Positions 15,847-25,982 of a stretch of DNA of 58,782 bases are shown here, piece by piece (the stretch's first letter is position 1; each line of letters begins with the position of its first letter). This DNA is from a virus. Its lineage: Duplodnaviria; Caudoviricetes. The position numbers and the translations under genes were made by a program. Under the pieces are notes generated by a model. The model made no database searches and was not told where the DNA came from. It worked only from the letters and a program-made list of their open reading frames with translations. Where the stretch lies: the IMG/VR virus record IMGVR_UViG_3300023181_000033, positions 1-58,782 of that record, one strand, 5' to 3'.

Positions 15847-18038
15847 GCGTATCATTACAAGCAGATATAGCCGGTTTTGTCCGGAATATGCAAGCGGCTT
15901 CTACGGTTGCCGATCAGACCGGAAGTTCAGTTTCTTCGCTATCGGTAAATGTAAGCCGTAATGTGGCGGCTATCAACAACACAGGCTTAACGGCTTTTGT
16001 TGCGTCATTACGTACAGCGGGAGCAAGCGCAACTGCGTTAGGCGCACAAACCGCTGCGGCATCGAGTACAGTGACCCGTAGTTTAGCACAGGCGGCAGCG
16101 GCCTCAGCTACTTCAGGTCGGGCAATTTCTACAGGGTCTAATCAGGCCGCATTTGCATTGACCAATTTAGGTAGGGTTGCGCAAGATGCTCCTTTCGGAT
16201 TTATTGGTATTCAAAATAACCTAAACCCATTATTAGAATCGTTCCAAAGGTTACGCGCTGAAACGGGTAGCAACGGAGCGGCTTTTAAAGCTTTGGGTCA
16301 ATCTTTAGCGGGGCCGGCTGGCATAGGTATTGCGCTATCGTTGGTTAGTGCAGGAGTTTTGCTGTACCAACAATATCAACAACGTGCAAATCGGGAAACC
16401 GCTGCTGCTGCTTCGGCAATGAAAAACGCTAAGAAGTCCGCAGAGGAATACGCGCTAACATTAGACGCGGTATCGCAAGCTAGGTTAGTAGGCTCGATTA
16501 ACGCTCAAAAGGAATTAACGGAACTACGTACGCTATATGCGATTACACAAGATACAACCATATCCACGCGTCAAAGAGGGCAGGCGGTTGATGAACTGCA
16601 AAAGAAATACCCGGAATACTTCAAGAACATTAAGGATGAAAATTTCTTAAATGGAGCGGCCAAAGAATCTTATGACAGATTAACCACCTCTATCATTGCA
16701 ACCGCAAGAGCAAGGGCGGCACAGGATATTATCACTAAAAACAGCTCCAGACAATTAGAGAATCAGCAAAAGATTAATGATGCTTTAATTGTTTACGATG
16801 CAGCAGCTAGAAAGATTGATGCTTTAAATAAAAAGCGTTCAGCATTAGGCGCGGCAGGAAATACAGCTGAACTATCCGGGGTAACCGCTCCTATCGCTAA
16901 GGCATTAGCTAAAGCGCAAGAAGACTTGATTGAATCGTCTACTACTATCCGCAACCTAAAGACTGACACCAATATACTTGACAAGCGTAATCTTGACCTA
17001 ACAAAAGAGATTACTAATCAAGTTAAAATAGGTGCTGATTTAGCAGGTAAAGTGGGTGATTTAGGTTCTGGCGGTAAATCAGCAAAGAGTGTTAAATCCT
17101 TAGGTGATGTATTAAAGGAATTAAACATTGATCTTACACAAACATCAGTACTTGCAGGGGCTTCGTTCGATCAAAAGAACGTTAAGCAGATTGATGCGTA
17201 TCAAAAGGCAATTGACGAACTGATTAAACTAGGCTATAAACCCGCCTCCGATGCAGTTGAGAAGTTAATTGACGCACAATCGAGGCTATTCCAATTAGGC
17301 CAAAACAATACCCTATCTGGATCAGTAAATCAAGGATTGCCAGCGCAAAGAAATTCGTTAGGGCAAACAGGACTTAACGGGATAAACGTACAGGATAAAA
17401 GCTTGGATGCCTTTAAGCGTCAGGAAAAAGAAATAGAAAAATCAAGGGCTAAAATAGTTAGACTTGTAAATGATGTAAATAATATCCTGGCAAACGGCAT
17501 AGGGCAAGGTTTATCCGGTTTTGCGTCAGGCATAGGCGAAGCATTAGCCAGCGGAACCAGTGTAATAGATGCAGTAGGGCAAGGTTTGCTGTCAGGATTG
17601 GGAAATATATTAACTCAACTAGGAGAGGCTGCCATTAAAATAGGGGTAGGGCTTGCTGCTATTAAGTTAGCCCTTAAATCTCTCAACCCGTTTGTTGCGG
17701 TTGCTGCAGGTGTTGGTTTAATAGCCCTAGGCGCGTTCTTCAGTAGCAAAGCATCATCTATAGGGGATAACGTCAAAGGCGGTTCAGGTGGAGGCGTTAC
17801 AGCCTTTGCAAATGGAGGTGTTGTATATGGCCCGACAAACGCTTTAATAGGCGAATATGCCGGGGCTAAATCAGATCCCGAAGTCGTTGCACCATTGAGC
17901 AAGTTGAAATCTATTATCGGCAAGGGAACGAATGACAACCCTAAAAACAACCAAACAGTACAAGTCGGCATTGAGGGAATAGTAAAAGGTAAAGATTTGG
18001 TGCTAATCACTAAAAGGGTAAATGAATCAAGAACATAA
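15828..18038 (+). CDS. Tape measure protein (736 aa)
   Basis: QDAPFGFIGIQNNLNP; Ala/Gly-rich helices; C-terminal FANGGVVYGPT...EVVAPL. Confidence 0.9.
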   Translation: MADGQLSVSLQADIAGFVRNMQAASTVADQTGSSVSSLSVNVSRNVAAINNTGLTAFVASLRTAGASATALGAQTAAASSTVTRSLAQAAAASATSGRAISTGSNQAAFALTNLGRVAQDAPFGFIGIQNNLNPLLESFQRLRAETGSNGAAFKALGQSLAGPAGIGIALSLVSAGVLLYQQYQQRANRETAAAASAMKNAKKSAEEYALTLDAVSQARLVGSINAQKELTELRTLYAITQDTTISTRQRGQAVDELQKKYPEYFKNIKDENFLNGAAKESYDRLTTSIIATARARAAQDIITKNSSRQLENQQKINDALIVYDAAARKIDALNKKRSALGAAGNTAELSGVTAPIAKALAKAQEDLIESSTTIRNLKTDTNILDKRNLDLTKEITNQVKIGADLAGKVGDLGSGGKSAKSVKSLGDVLKELNIDLTQTSVLAGASFDQKNVKQIDAYQKAIDELIKLGYKPASDAVEKLIDAQSRLFQLGQNNTLSGSVNQGLPAQRNSLGQTGLNGINVQDKSLDAFKRQEKEIEKSRAKIVRLVNDVNNILANGIGQGLSGFASGIGEALASGTSVIDAVGQGLLSGLGNILTQLGEAAIKIGVGLAAIKLALKSLNPFVAVAAGVGLIALGAFFSSKASSIGDNVKGGSGGGVTAFANGGVVYGPTNALIGEYAGAKSDPEVVAPLSKLKSIIGKGTNDNPKNNQTVQVGIEGIVKGKDLVLITKRVNESRT

Positions 18039-20491
18039 TGGCATTTAAAACAGTATTTCAGGGTTCTTTTTGCAATAAATCGGGCGAGGATGTTATTGTA
18101 CAGTTTCAGCGAGACTTTGTTGGGGGTGAGGAAATCATTCCGCAAGAGATCATCTTTGCAGGTGAGGACAATGAGCCTGTAGTAATTGAATACACTGAAG
18201 ACGGTAATAACAAGGATAACCCGATTAACAAATCTCAATGTACGGTCAATATAAAGGCTGTAGAGGGGTTTGAATTATCGTCATTATACACCGAGAACGA
18301 TAAGTACTGGCGTATCGTTATATCGGGCGCATGGAACTGGATTGGCTGGATGTTGCCTGACAATTCAAGTGAACCGTATGAGAATAAACCTTATGATGTA
18401 TCGGTACAAGCTACAGACGCGTTAGGGACGTTAGATGATTTGCCGTTCCAGAATGCAGATTTGACTAAGATCAAAGGATCTTTTTCAGATCATGATATAT
18501 TAAGGATCGCGCTGAATAAAACAGGATTGCAAATACCTTTATTGATTGGCGTGTCTACTTATGAGGCGCAAATGACTGTCGGTGTATGCCCGATGAAACA
18601 ATCTTTCATTCAGGCGCAAACATTCATTGATTCAGATCAATCTTCGTTTGCCTGTTCAGAGGTGATTCGTTCCATATTGGCGCGTTATGGATGTAGACTA
18701 CACCAGTTTAACGGCAAATGGCAAATCGTGAATGTACTGGAGTATTCACGAGGTACAGTATACGCTTGGGAATTTGACATAAACGGCAACCAGACGGCAA
18801 CTTATCCTAATATAGTAAACACTTTGGCTACTGGAAATTTTACCAGGGAGAATATACCAACGAATGCTACAAGCTCATTTGCTAAGGCTTATCTGTCAAG
18901 TACCGCATATTATCAGTTTGGATACCCGCCAAACAGCCTGATTAATGGCAATATGGATACGTGGTCTTTAAAACCTGCAGGATTACCGGACGGGTGGTTT
19001 GTAGTGCAGACCACAGGAACGATTACCGCTACAACCAAGATCAGGCAATCGGCAGGAGTAGACACAACAGATTATTATATCAGCGTATATGGGAGTGGGC
19101 AAGGTTACGTAAAGAACGCGAATGAAGTGCAGATCCGCGCAAACCAAATTGCAAGCGTATCGATGGATTTGCTATTACGCTATGACGTTGTGCCCGTAAT
19201 GTCGCCTATCTACTTTTCTGTTATAGTTCAGGACGATACAGGCAAGTATTACACAAACGCAGGCTGGCAAACAGCATACGGAACTTACACAGTTAGGTAC
19301 GACAGCGCAAGGGATGTAACGATAAACCAAGCTACGGTAAACTTTAATCTAGGAGCGCAAGCAAATGACTTTAAAATAACAGTCGCTTTCTTGGTTGCGG
19401 GACGTGCTGATGGTACGCATTACGAAACTTACGTGAACAATGTTACGGTATCAGCTAATACAGACGGTGCTTCAAAGGCTGCAATTGGTTCTTATAATAA
19501 GCAAACTCAAACGAGCAATCAAACCTTTCAGCCGGATCCTATATTAATCCTAAACAGTGATGATGACAGTACGCAAAGATTGTCGCCCATACTGGTTAAC
19601 GGCTTACCGACAGCGACATGGACTAGAGCCGGAATCACGGAATCGGTTAACTTATTGCATACCGTTGCTAACAGTCAATTACGGCTACATTCAAGACCGT
19701 ATAAGATATTTGAAGGCGATTTTATAGGCTATGGCGATATAAACCCGAATAGCCTAATTACAATTGACTTAAATCCCGGTTCGTTTATCTTTATGTCAGG
19801 TACATTTAATCTCAGGACTGATGTGCATACTTTGCGATGGGCTGAGACGTTAATCGATGATCCGACCTATATAGAGGCGCAAAGGTTAGATTATGGCACT
19901 GAAACAGATAAAAACGGGACATCTGTAGGTACTCCGCAAGGCGTAGGTGATCAGCCAGGGAGTTCATATGTTGACTTATCCGGGTATGCTAAAATAACTG
20001 ATGTACCTGCTGCTGCTACGAACGTAGAAACTCAGGCCGGCACAGTAGCGAATAAGTATGTTTCGCCATCAACTTTAGCCAATTGGTGGGCTTATGTTCG
20101 GGGGTTAGCGTTTACAATTACGGGTATTTGGTCAGTTCCAACGGCCGCGACGGGTACAAGCACGCAACAAATTGCAAGTACAGCGTTTGTTCAGTCGGCA
20201 TTGCTAACTTTAAATCCTAATTACAGGGAGGTAAACGCCAACTATACCCTTATAGCAACGGATAATACTGTAAACGTTACGGCAAATACGGTTACTCTAA
20301 CACTACCTACAGCGATAGGCATAACAGGCAGGATTATCAGGATTAAAAATAGCGGTACGGGTACGGTAACAATAAATACAACTGGCAGTCAGTTGATAGA
20401 TGGGACTTTAACTAAGGTAATTAACACGCAATATTCATTGTTTGGCCTGCAAAGTACAGGGGCAAATTGGATCATTATAGCACAAATGTAA
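18038..20491 (+). CDS. Tail tip/hub protein with C-terminal fibre-like domain
   Basis: Directly after tape measure; ATDALGTL, QIASTAFVQ, TLTLPTA..TGR motifs. Confidence 0.75.
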   Translation: MAFKTVFQGSFCNKSGEDVIVQFQRDFVGGEEIIPQEIIFAGEDNEPVVIEYTEDGNNKDNPINKSQCTVNIKAVEGFELSSLYTENDKYWRIVISGAWNWIGWMLPDNSSEPYENKPYDVSVQATDALGTLDDLPFQNADLTKIKGSFSDHDILRIALNKTGLQIPLLIGVSTYEAQMTVGVCPMKQSFIQAQTFIDSDQSSFACSEVIRSILARYGCRLHQFNGKWQIVNVLEYSRGTVYAWEFDINGNQTATYPNIVNTLATGNFTRENIPTNATSSFAKAYLSSTAYYQFGYPPNSLINGNMDTWSLKPAGLPDGWFVVQTTGTITATTKIRQSAGVDTTDYYISVYGSGQGYVKNANEVQIRANQIASVSMDLLLRYDVVPVMSPIYFSVIVQDDTGKYYTNAGWQTAYGTYTVRYDSARDVTINQATVNFNLGAQANDFKITVAFLVAGRADGTHYETYVNNVTVSANTDGASKAAIGSYNKQTQTSNQTFQPDPILILNSDDDSTQRLSPILVNGLPTATWTRAGITESVNLLHTVANSQLRLHSRPYKIFEGDFIGYGDINPNSLITIDLNPGSFIFMSGTFNLRTDVHTLRWAETLIDDPTYIEAQRLDYGTETDKNGTSVGTPQGVGDQPGSSYVDLSGYAKITDVPAAATNVETQAGTVANKYVSPSTLANWWAYVRGLAFTITGIWSVPTAATGTSTQQIASTAFVQSALLTLNPNYREVNANYTLIATDNTVNVTANTVTLTLPTAIGITGRIIRIKNSGTGTVTINTTGSQLIDGTLTKVINTQYSLFGLQSTGANWIIIAQM

Positions 20492-20496
20492 TAACT

Positions 20497-20787
20497 ATGA
20501 ACGTAATTCAATATGCTACCGCTACCTCGGGAACTATTGTAGCTAACAACACACAACAGGATTTAATAGTCCTACACAATGCAACTGCTCTAGTAGCTGT
20601 TTTGTCTTTTACATTACCGACTACACCTACCAATGGTCAAATCGTAACCTTCGCCACTAAGAACGGCATTACGCTATTTACTTTAACCGGAGGAACATTG
20701 ATTACTTCGCTTGCTACACTGTTAGCTGGCGGTTATGTAACATGGGTATATTCGTTAAATGCAAACGGGTGGTTTAGGATAAGATAA
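20497..20787 (+). CDS. Small tail fibre-associated beta protein
   Basis: FTLPTTPTNGQIV...W motif resembling the C-terminus of the previous gene. Confidence 0.65.
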   Translation: MNVIQYATATSGTIVANNTQQDLIVLHNATALVAVLSFTLPTTPTNGQIVTFATKNGITLFTLTGGTLITSLATLLAGGYVTWVYSLNANGWFRIR

Positions 20788-20805
20788 ATTGATTATATTT
20801 GAACT

Positions 20806-21342
20806 ATGGCAATAGACGCTTCGGCTTATGTGATTTTGATAGACACTGTCACCCCTCGTTCAGCGGGGCATGGCGCTGATTATCGTCCGGTTGCTTGTGG
20901 CACGTCCAATAATTGGGGTGGTGATGCTGAGGGGATATCTTTGCGTAACAAAATGGACGGCGGATATGATCAAAGTACAACAGGGTACATATCTACCAAT
21001 TTTGACATGGACGGGCAGGCAATAGGGTTACGCATGGCAGATAAGCTGATAAAGGCTAACTTTCAGGAACTAGCAGAATTGTTTTATAACAAGCGTGAAT
21101 TCTGGATTATGCAAGCAGATGCGGATATGACTATTGTCCGCGAAATATGGTGCAGAATAGGATCATACAGAGAGACAGCGCAAATGAATAGCCTTTACAC
21201 CTTTACCGCTTCATTCGTGGGTATTGGCCGACCGACAATGCTGACTGGAGATATAATAAAGTTGCTTCGCGCTACTGATTTAAGCGGTACAGAAATAAGA
21301 CAAGACGGAAACAACAATTTAATCGAGATAAAAAATGCCTGA
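20806..21342 (+). CDS. Divergent paralogue of the major tail tube protein
   Basis: YVILIDT, YRPVAC..SN, NK..GG, GQAI, ANFQEL align with 14635-15117. Confidence 0.75.
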   Translation: MAIDASAYVILIDTVTPRSAGHGADYRPVACGTSNNWGGDAEGISLRNKMDGGYDQSTTGYISTNFDMDGQAIGLRMADKLIKANFQELAELFYNKREFWIMQADADMTIVREIWCRIGSYRETAQMNSLYTFTASFVGIGRPTMLTGDIIKLLRATDLSGTEIRQDGNNNLIEIKNA

Positions 21343-23968
21343 ATTTGAAACAATAACGATACCGGCCCTGCCAGACTTGGTTTTAGCTATAAGCACTTTT
21401 TTAGAAGGGTCGAACGCCGATCAAAAATCGGGCAAGTTTACAGCCGCTCAATTAGCAACCTTTTTAGCACCTTATGTAACAGCCGTGGGTGGCTCGGGCT
21501 ATGTGGCTACTACAGGAACGGTTTTACCTCAGGCAGCTGCAGGAAAGTATACTATTGTCGGCCCCGGTACATATACGCAAACTACAGGCGGGAACGTGGT
21601 TACTACGCAGCCTATAAACATTCTAGCCTCTAACGCAAGCTCGTGGGTATTGGTTACAGCTATCCCTCTTACTCTTACTGATTACGTAAAGAAGTCGGAT
21701 CCCACTTTTAAAGTATATCCAACAAAAGAGGCAGCTATTGCTGACATTGGTAATGTAGTTGTAGACGGAGTAAATAAACGTGACGGCAGGATTATTTTAA
21801 TAGGATCGGCAAACAACTATGTTCCTTATTGGTGGATGAATGGGTTCGAAGACGTGAACTTGGTAGAATTTCAGTCAGCCAGCAATACGGTAACTTTTGC
21901 TAAAGTGCCGGGATACATAGTTCCTAGTGGTGATATTAACTCTGCGCTAGGTTACAACTCAGGATTTGTTGATGTGAATGGAGCGCGTTATATACAGGGG
22001 TCGGTAAACCCTGGGTCTGTAGGATCATCCCTATCAATTGCTTTTTATGATAAAAATAAAATATTTATATCAGGCGTAAATACAGGGGGCATAACACAAT
22101 TAGCCACAGTGCCCACTAACGCTTTTTATGCAAAAATTGGCGGTATAGATATTTCTACTAGTGCTTATGTTATATATCTTTTGGCTACTAGCAAAACTAC
22201 ATCTGCCATTACAGAAAGATTAGATGCACATTTGAATACGTTCGTAGCTAATATCGCCTTTAAAAACGGGTATGTTGATATGTCTGGGTCTATAAATGCC
22301 CTATCATCTGACTGGAAGAACACTGGTTTTTATTACATAAGTGGAGCCAAAAAAATACGCGGCTACATATCAAATAGCCCTAGTATAGGCTCTGGCTACC
22401 CAGTTGCGTTTTACGATAAGAACCGAACTTTTATTTCAGGCGCAAACACGGGGGCTGTATACTATGATTTAGACATTCCAGTAAATGCTTATTATGTGAT
22501 ATTGTCAGGGCTAGCTTCTGGAGTAATTACGCTATCTGTCTTAGATGAGTCTAATCCAAAAGAATATATCAACGAATCAATAGAAAGCCCCGCTAGATAT
22601 TTCAGAGACGACCTAAGAGCTGGGTATTTGAGTGTTAACGGAGATATGGTCAATGTTACGGGGTGGTTCAATACAAATTTCATTTACGTGAAAGGAGAGT
22701 ATAAAATAGAGGCAAAAATAGGCCCGACTTCTCCAGGCGGTGCATTGTCGATAGCGTTCTATGGTAAAGATAAAAAGTTTATATCTGGTGTAAATGCGGG
22801 GACAGAATATGACGAGTCATTAATCCCAACAGCCGCATATTACGCGGCTGTTGGCGGAACTTCAATTTCTTATGTTAAGATCATAGGTAACTCATATAAG
22901 AACTTAGACAAAGACGTTTCAGATTACTTGACTTTTTTGCCTGATAAGTTTGTCTTAATAAAAAACTCAGCCGAAACGATTTATATGCCCGGGCTATATT
23001 CTCAGGGGAATAATTATAAAATAAATAGTGGAATTTTTTCTGATAAAAAAACATTGTATAAAAAGGTAGCTTTATTAGACCACAATGTTGATAATTCTAT
23101 ATTTTTCGCTTTTGACAGATCGCCCTTTGTAGTAGGGGCACCAGTTGAATTTATAGATAAGGCATCGTACAGTTATACTGGCGGGGCTAGGTCTGTAATG
23201 TTTATAGGGGATAGTTTAACCCAATTTGATATATGGCATCAGGAATTTATGCGTCAGCTAACCGGCACGGGCACCCCTGTAAATGGGCAAGTTACAGGGG
23301 TGTTGGCTCCAATGTCGCTGCCTTTAACAGCTATAGGAACCAGAGGTGGATCAGTTTCTGGTGTAAAGCATGAAGGGCGTGCAAGTTGGAGTGTAAATAC
23401 ATATCTTACTCAGTCGTCCGCTTTCGGCAGCAATAACGCTTTCTGGAACCCTTCTACGTCTCAATTTGATATAAACTACTATCTTACTCAAAATAATTTT
23501 TATACATCGTTAGGTGGCACAGTAAATGCTACTGGCGGTAATTTAGACATATTTATATTCTTAGGATGGAATGATCAGGGAATTAAAAAGGCGGAGTTAA
23601 CTACGCTTATCAATCTTATAAAAGCGAAATTGCCCAATGTTAATATTATTCTTGTTGGCCTGCAAACAACCCCCACTAGCGTTCCTAATTATGCTTTCGA
23701 CAGATATAAATCTGTTATGGATATGGTTATTCAAGATAGCATAGATAAACAAAGTGTGGCTAATTCCTTTACAAAGGTTAGCTTTTTCCCTACCGCACCT
23801 TATTTTATACCAGACGGGTCGTATAATGATATAGAAAAACTAGTTACCGTACGAGATTCAGAGCCTACCGTGTATGTAAACGATTGGATACATCCTAAAG
23901 ATAAAGGATTAGGTTTGATTGCCGACTCAAACGTTGCTCAATATCTATCCTATCTGAAGCAATATTAA
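21335..23968 (+). CDS. Tail spike/receptor-binding protein with three tandem beta repeats and SGNH hydrolase domain
   Basis: Three GY...IAFY[DG]K.K.FISG...P..A.Y repeats; FIGDS, GWND, DWIHP. Confidence 0.78.
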   Translation: MPEFETITIPALPDLVLAISTFLEGSNADQKSGKFTAAQLATFLAPYVTAVGGSGYVATTGTVLPQAAAGKYTIVGPGTYTQTTGGNVVTTQPINILASNASSWVLVTAIPLTLTDYVKKSDPTFKVYPTKEAAIADIGNVVVDGVNKRDGRIILIGSANNYVPYWWMNGFEDVNLVEFQSASNTVTFAKVPGYIVPSGDINSALGYNSGFVDVNGARYIQGSVNPGSVGSSLSIAFYDKNKIFISGVNTGGITQLATVPTNAFYAKIGGIDISTSAYVIYLLATSKTTSAITERLDAHLNTFVANIAFKNGYVDMSGSINALSSDWKNTGFYYISGAKKIRGYISNSPSIGSGYPVAFYDKNRTFISGANTGAVYYDLDIPVNAYYVILSGLASGVITLSVLDESNPKEYINESIESPARYFRDDLRAGYLSVNGDMVNVTGWFNTNFIYVKGEYKIEAKIGPTSPGGALSIAFYGKDKKFISGVNAGTEYDESLIPTAAYYAAVGGTSISYVKIIGNSYKNLDKDVSDYLTFLPDKFVLIKNSAETIYMPGLYSQGNNYKINSGIFSDKKTLYKKVALLDHNVDNSIFFAFDRSPFVVGAPVEFIDKASYSYTGGARSVMFIGDSLTQFDIWHQEFMRQLTGTGTPVNGQVTGVLAPMSLPLTAIGTRGGSVSGVKHEGRASWSVNTYLTQSSAFGSNNAFWNPSTSQFDINYYLTQNNFYTSLGGTVNATGGNLDIFIFLGWNDQGIKKAELTTLINLIKAKLPNVNIILVGLQTTPTSVPNYAFDRYKSVMDMVIQDSIDKQSVANSFTKVSFFPTAPYFIPDGSYNDIEKLVTVRDSEPTVYVNDWIHPKDKGLGLIADSNVAQYLSYLKQY

Positions 23969-24127
23969 TAATATTTTTAAAAAGCTATCTTTAACCGGAT
24001 GGCTTTCTACATTTAATAGAAGCACGTTTGTTCCGATTCGCGAATGAACATCTTCCTTTGATTTCGCATATAATGTCTGTTCGAAGACTATATTATTAGC
24101 CATTGCGGTAACTAAGTATTTTTTCAT
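23945..24127 (-). CDS. Small moron protein
   Basis: ORF in leftward cluster after the spike gene. Confidence 0.5.
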   Translation of the reverse strand: MKKYLVTAMANNIVFEQTLYAKSKEDVHSRIGTNVLLLNVESHPVKDSFLKILLILLQIG

Positions 24128-24288
24128 GGCTTAGGATGATAAGGGTATCCAACTGAACTATATCCTCCTGCACTTGTTGATGTAGGCTGGTTATCACTCC
24201 ATTCTTGCGCCCTTTCGAGTGCTTTACGGCAACCGTATGCTAAGGATACAACGAATATCCAAGCAAAGATGATGTTTCTATTTTTCAT
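24124..24288 (-). CDS. Unannotated small lipoprotein (54 aa)
   Basis: MKNRNIIFAWIFVVSLAYG-C lipobox; overlaps neighbouring genes. Confidence 0.6.
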   Translation of the reverse strand: MKNRNIIFAWIFVVSLAYGCRKALERAQEWSDNQPTSTSAGGYSSVGYPYHPKP

Positions 24289-24526
24289 AATTAGATATAT
24301 GTTTAATATTGGTTACTTTAACAGATAGCACTTCATTGTTAGCGAACTGTATAATGAACATACGCTCGTTCATGGGATCTGATGAAATACCTTTGCATAC
24401 CATAGATTTGAAGCCTTTTAAAGGCTCTTTAAATTGCAGCTTAATCATAAGACTCCCATTCGTTAATATTGCCTCCAACAGCCTTAATTGACTTAATCGG
24501 CAATATCCTGTTTCTACCCGATTCAT
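24278..24526 (-). CDS. Small moron protein (start likely at MIKLQFK)
   Basis: ORF track. Confidence 0.5.
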   Translation of the reverse strand: MNRVETGYCRLSQLRLLEAILTNGSLMIKLQFKEPLKGFKSMVCKGISSDPMNERMFIIQFANNEVLSVKVTNIKHISNYEK

Positions 24527-24629
24527 TCCACCATTTAATGATTGATTCTTTGCAATAGCCTAAAACGTTCAGTTCGGTTATTCCGCTCTTGCTCATTTCG
24601 TCCCTGCAGTATATTTTGTAAATCTCCAT
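24441..24629 (-). CDS. Small moron protein
   Basis: ORF with TATATTTG (24634-24641, minus) 4 nt upstream. Confidence 0.6.
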   Translation of the reverse strand: MEIYKIYCRDEMSKSGITELNVLGYCKESIIKWWNESGRNRILPIKSIKAVGGNINEWESYD

Positions 24630-24725
24630 ACACCAAATATAAACACACGATCTTGAATTTTTATATAGGTATCTATAATGTTACAATAATTGCTATCTTT
24701 ACGTTACACTTAATTATATAGCATT

Positions 24726-24797
24726 ATGCCAGATCCTAAACCAGTAGACTTGCCAGATGATGGCGGCACACATCCAGAAGACCCTAAAAAACCTTAA
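24726..24797 (+). CDS. Unannotated 23-aa Pro/Asp-rich peptide MPDPKPVDLPDDGGTHPEDPKKP
   Basis: GC-richer ORF after an AT-rich promoter region; stop directly abuts ATG 24798. Confidence 0.6.
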   Translation: MPDPKPVDLPDDGGTHPEDPKKP

Positions 24798-25139
24798 ATG
24801 AAAGCAGGCGTTTGTGTTCTATATATTACAGCATTGTTCCTTTACTTCGCGTTTGATTTCGGGGGCTATTGGAATGACATTTATTTGCAGGCACAGGCTT
24901 TAATGGTAGCTTTTCTGTCATATACCCTATATAAACGTAAATCAATATTAGAACACGAACGCTTGTTATTTAAATTCATTGCGTGGATTGCTGTAGCTGA
25001 TTCGGCATATACCTTTGTTTGCATGTTTAGGGGCAAGGATTTTGCTATACACAATACAAATGTATTTGCGTACATTATAGGCTTTAGCGTCGTGGTTTTA
25101 TTGGGACATATTGCGTATAATAAGGACAAATTTAAATGA
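24798..25139 (+). CDS. Membrane protein (~4 TM)
   Basis: Four hydrophobic segments. Confidence 0.7.
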   Translation: MKAGVCVLYITALFLYFAFDFGGYWNDIYLQAQALMVAFLSYTLYKRKSILEHERLLFKFIAWIAVADSAYTFVCMFRGKDFAIHNTNVFAYIIGFSVVVLLGHIAYNKDKFK

Positions 25140-25549
25140 ACATCGTGAACACAATAGCTAGGTCAGGTTATGAATTTCTTGTAATTAACATTGTCGCTGT
25201 ACCATTCATAGCGACAAGTCCATGGGTTATAGTTTGGTACTCATTATGCGTACTGCTTGCATTCGTTCTGAGGATAGGGATGATGCACAAAGATAAAACA
25301 TTGAATAGCGGCACTCTTTTGTGGCAGTCTATCGCGACAATTGGGTGGTCATTTATAATGATACTTGTCTGGGAATACGTGACTCCAGGTAAAAGCAAAG
25401 GATTTGAAATATATCTATTCGTAAATTCATTTTTTGCGTCGTTTGCGGTGTCACAATTTGAGCAAATAGGTAAGACCACAATCAAAAAATGGTTAAGAGC
25501 TAAACTTAGCACGTTTCTTGCCGTTGAGAAAGAGGAGGACAAATCATGA
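25136..25549 (+). CDS. Membrane protein, holin-like
   Basis: 3-4 hydrophobic segments, charged C-terminus, upstream of endolysin. Confidence 0.65.
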   Translation: MNIVNTIARSGYEFLVINIVAVPFIATSPWVIVWYSLCVLLAFVLRIGMMHKDKTLNSGTLLWQSIATIGWSFIMILVWEYVTPGKSKGFEIYLFVNSFFASFAVSQFEQIGKTTIKKWLRAKLSTFLAVEKEEDKS

Positions 25550-25899
25550 ATGTAGCACAGCTTTCGGGCTTCATATTAATATGCTTGATGATCAGTTTAG
25601 TATATCTGACGACTAAGTTCGTTTCTGCTGTCCGGTTTAAAGGGCACGGTATATATTTCATCACAATTAACGCCTGTTTTAGAGGCCATAAAGACTTTAG
25701 AGGCTGGCTAAAAGATAACTACGGTTACTTATGGTGTATCATACTCATTATAGCCCTGTCTGCTACAATATTATTACTTATTGAGCCATTTAGACATAAC
25801 AAAATGTTCATACGCCCTGAAGCCTCTATATTCATTAATGTACTCCTTTGGACTTCCATATATTACCGCGATAAGTGGCTTTATGGGAAAGTTAAATAG
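25546..25899 (+). CDS. Membrane protein (~3 TM)
   Basis: Hydrophobic segments; ATGA coupling. Confidence 0.65.
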   Translation: MNVAQLSGFILICLMISLVYLTTKFVSAVRFKGHGIYFITINACFRGHKDFRGWLKDNYGYLWCIILIIALSATILLLIEPFRHNKMFIRPEASIFINVLLWTSIYYRDKWLYGKVK

Positions 25900-25920
25900 A
25901 AATTCCGTCAGATTAAATAT

Positions 25921-25968
25921 AGTCACCCCGCTTCCCAAAGATCAGCGCGCTCAGGGTGGCTTTTTTGT
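25921..25968 (+). terminator. Terminator between membrane operon and KilA-N gene
   Basis: AGTCACCC/GGGTGGCT stem plus T-tract. Confidence 0.6.
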
Positions 25969-25982
25969 GTTAAATAAATAAG

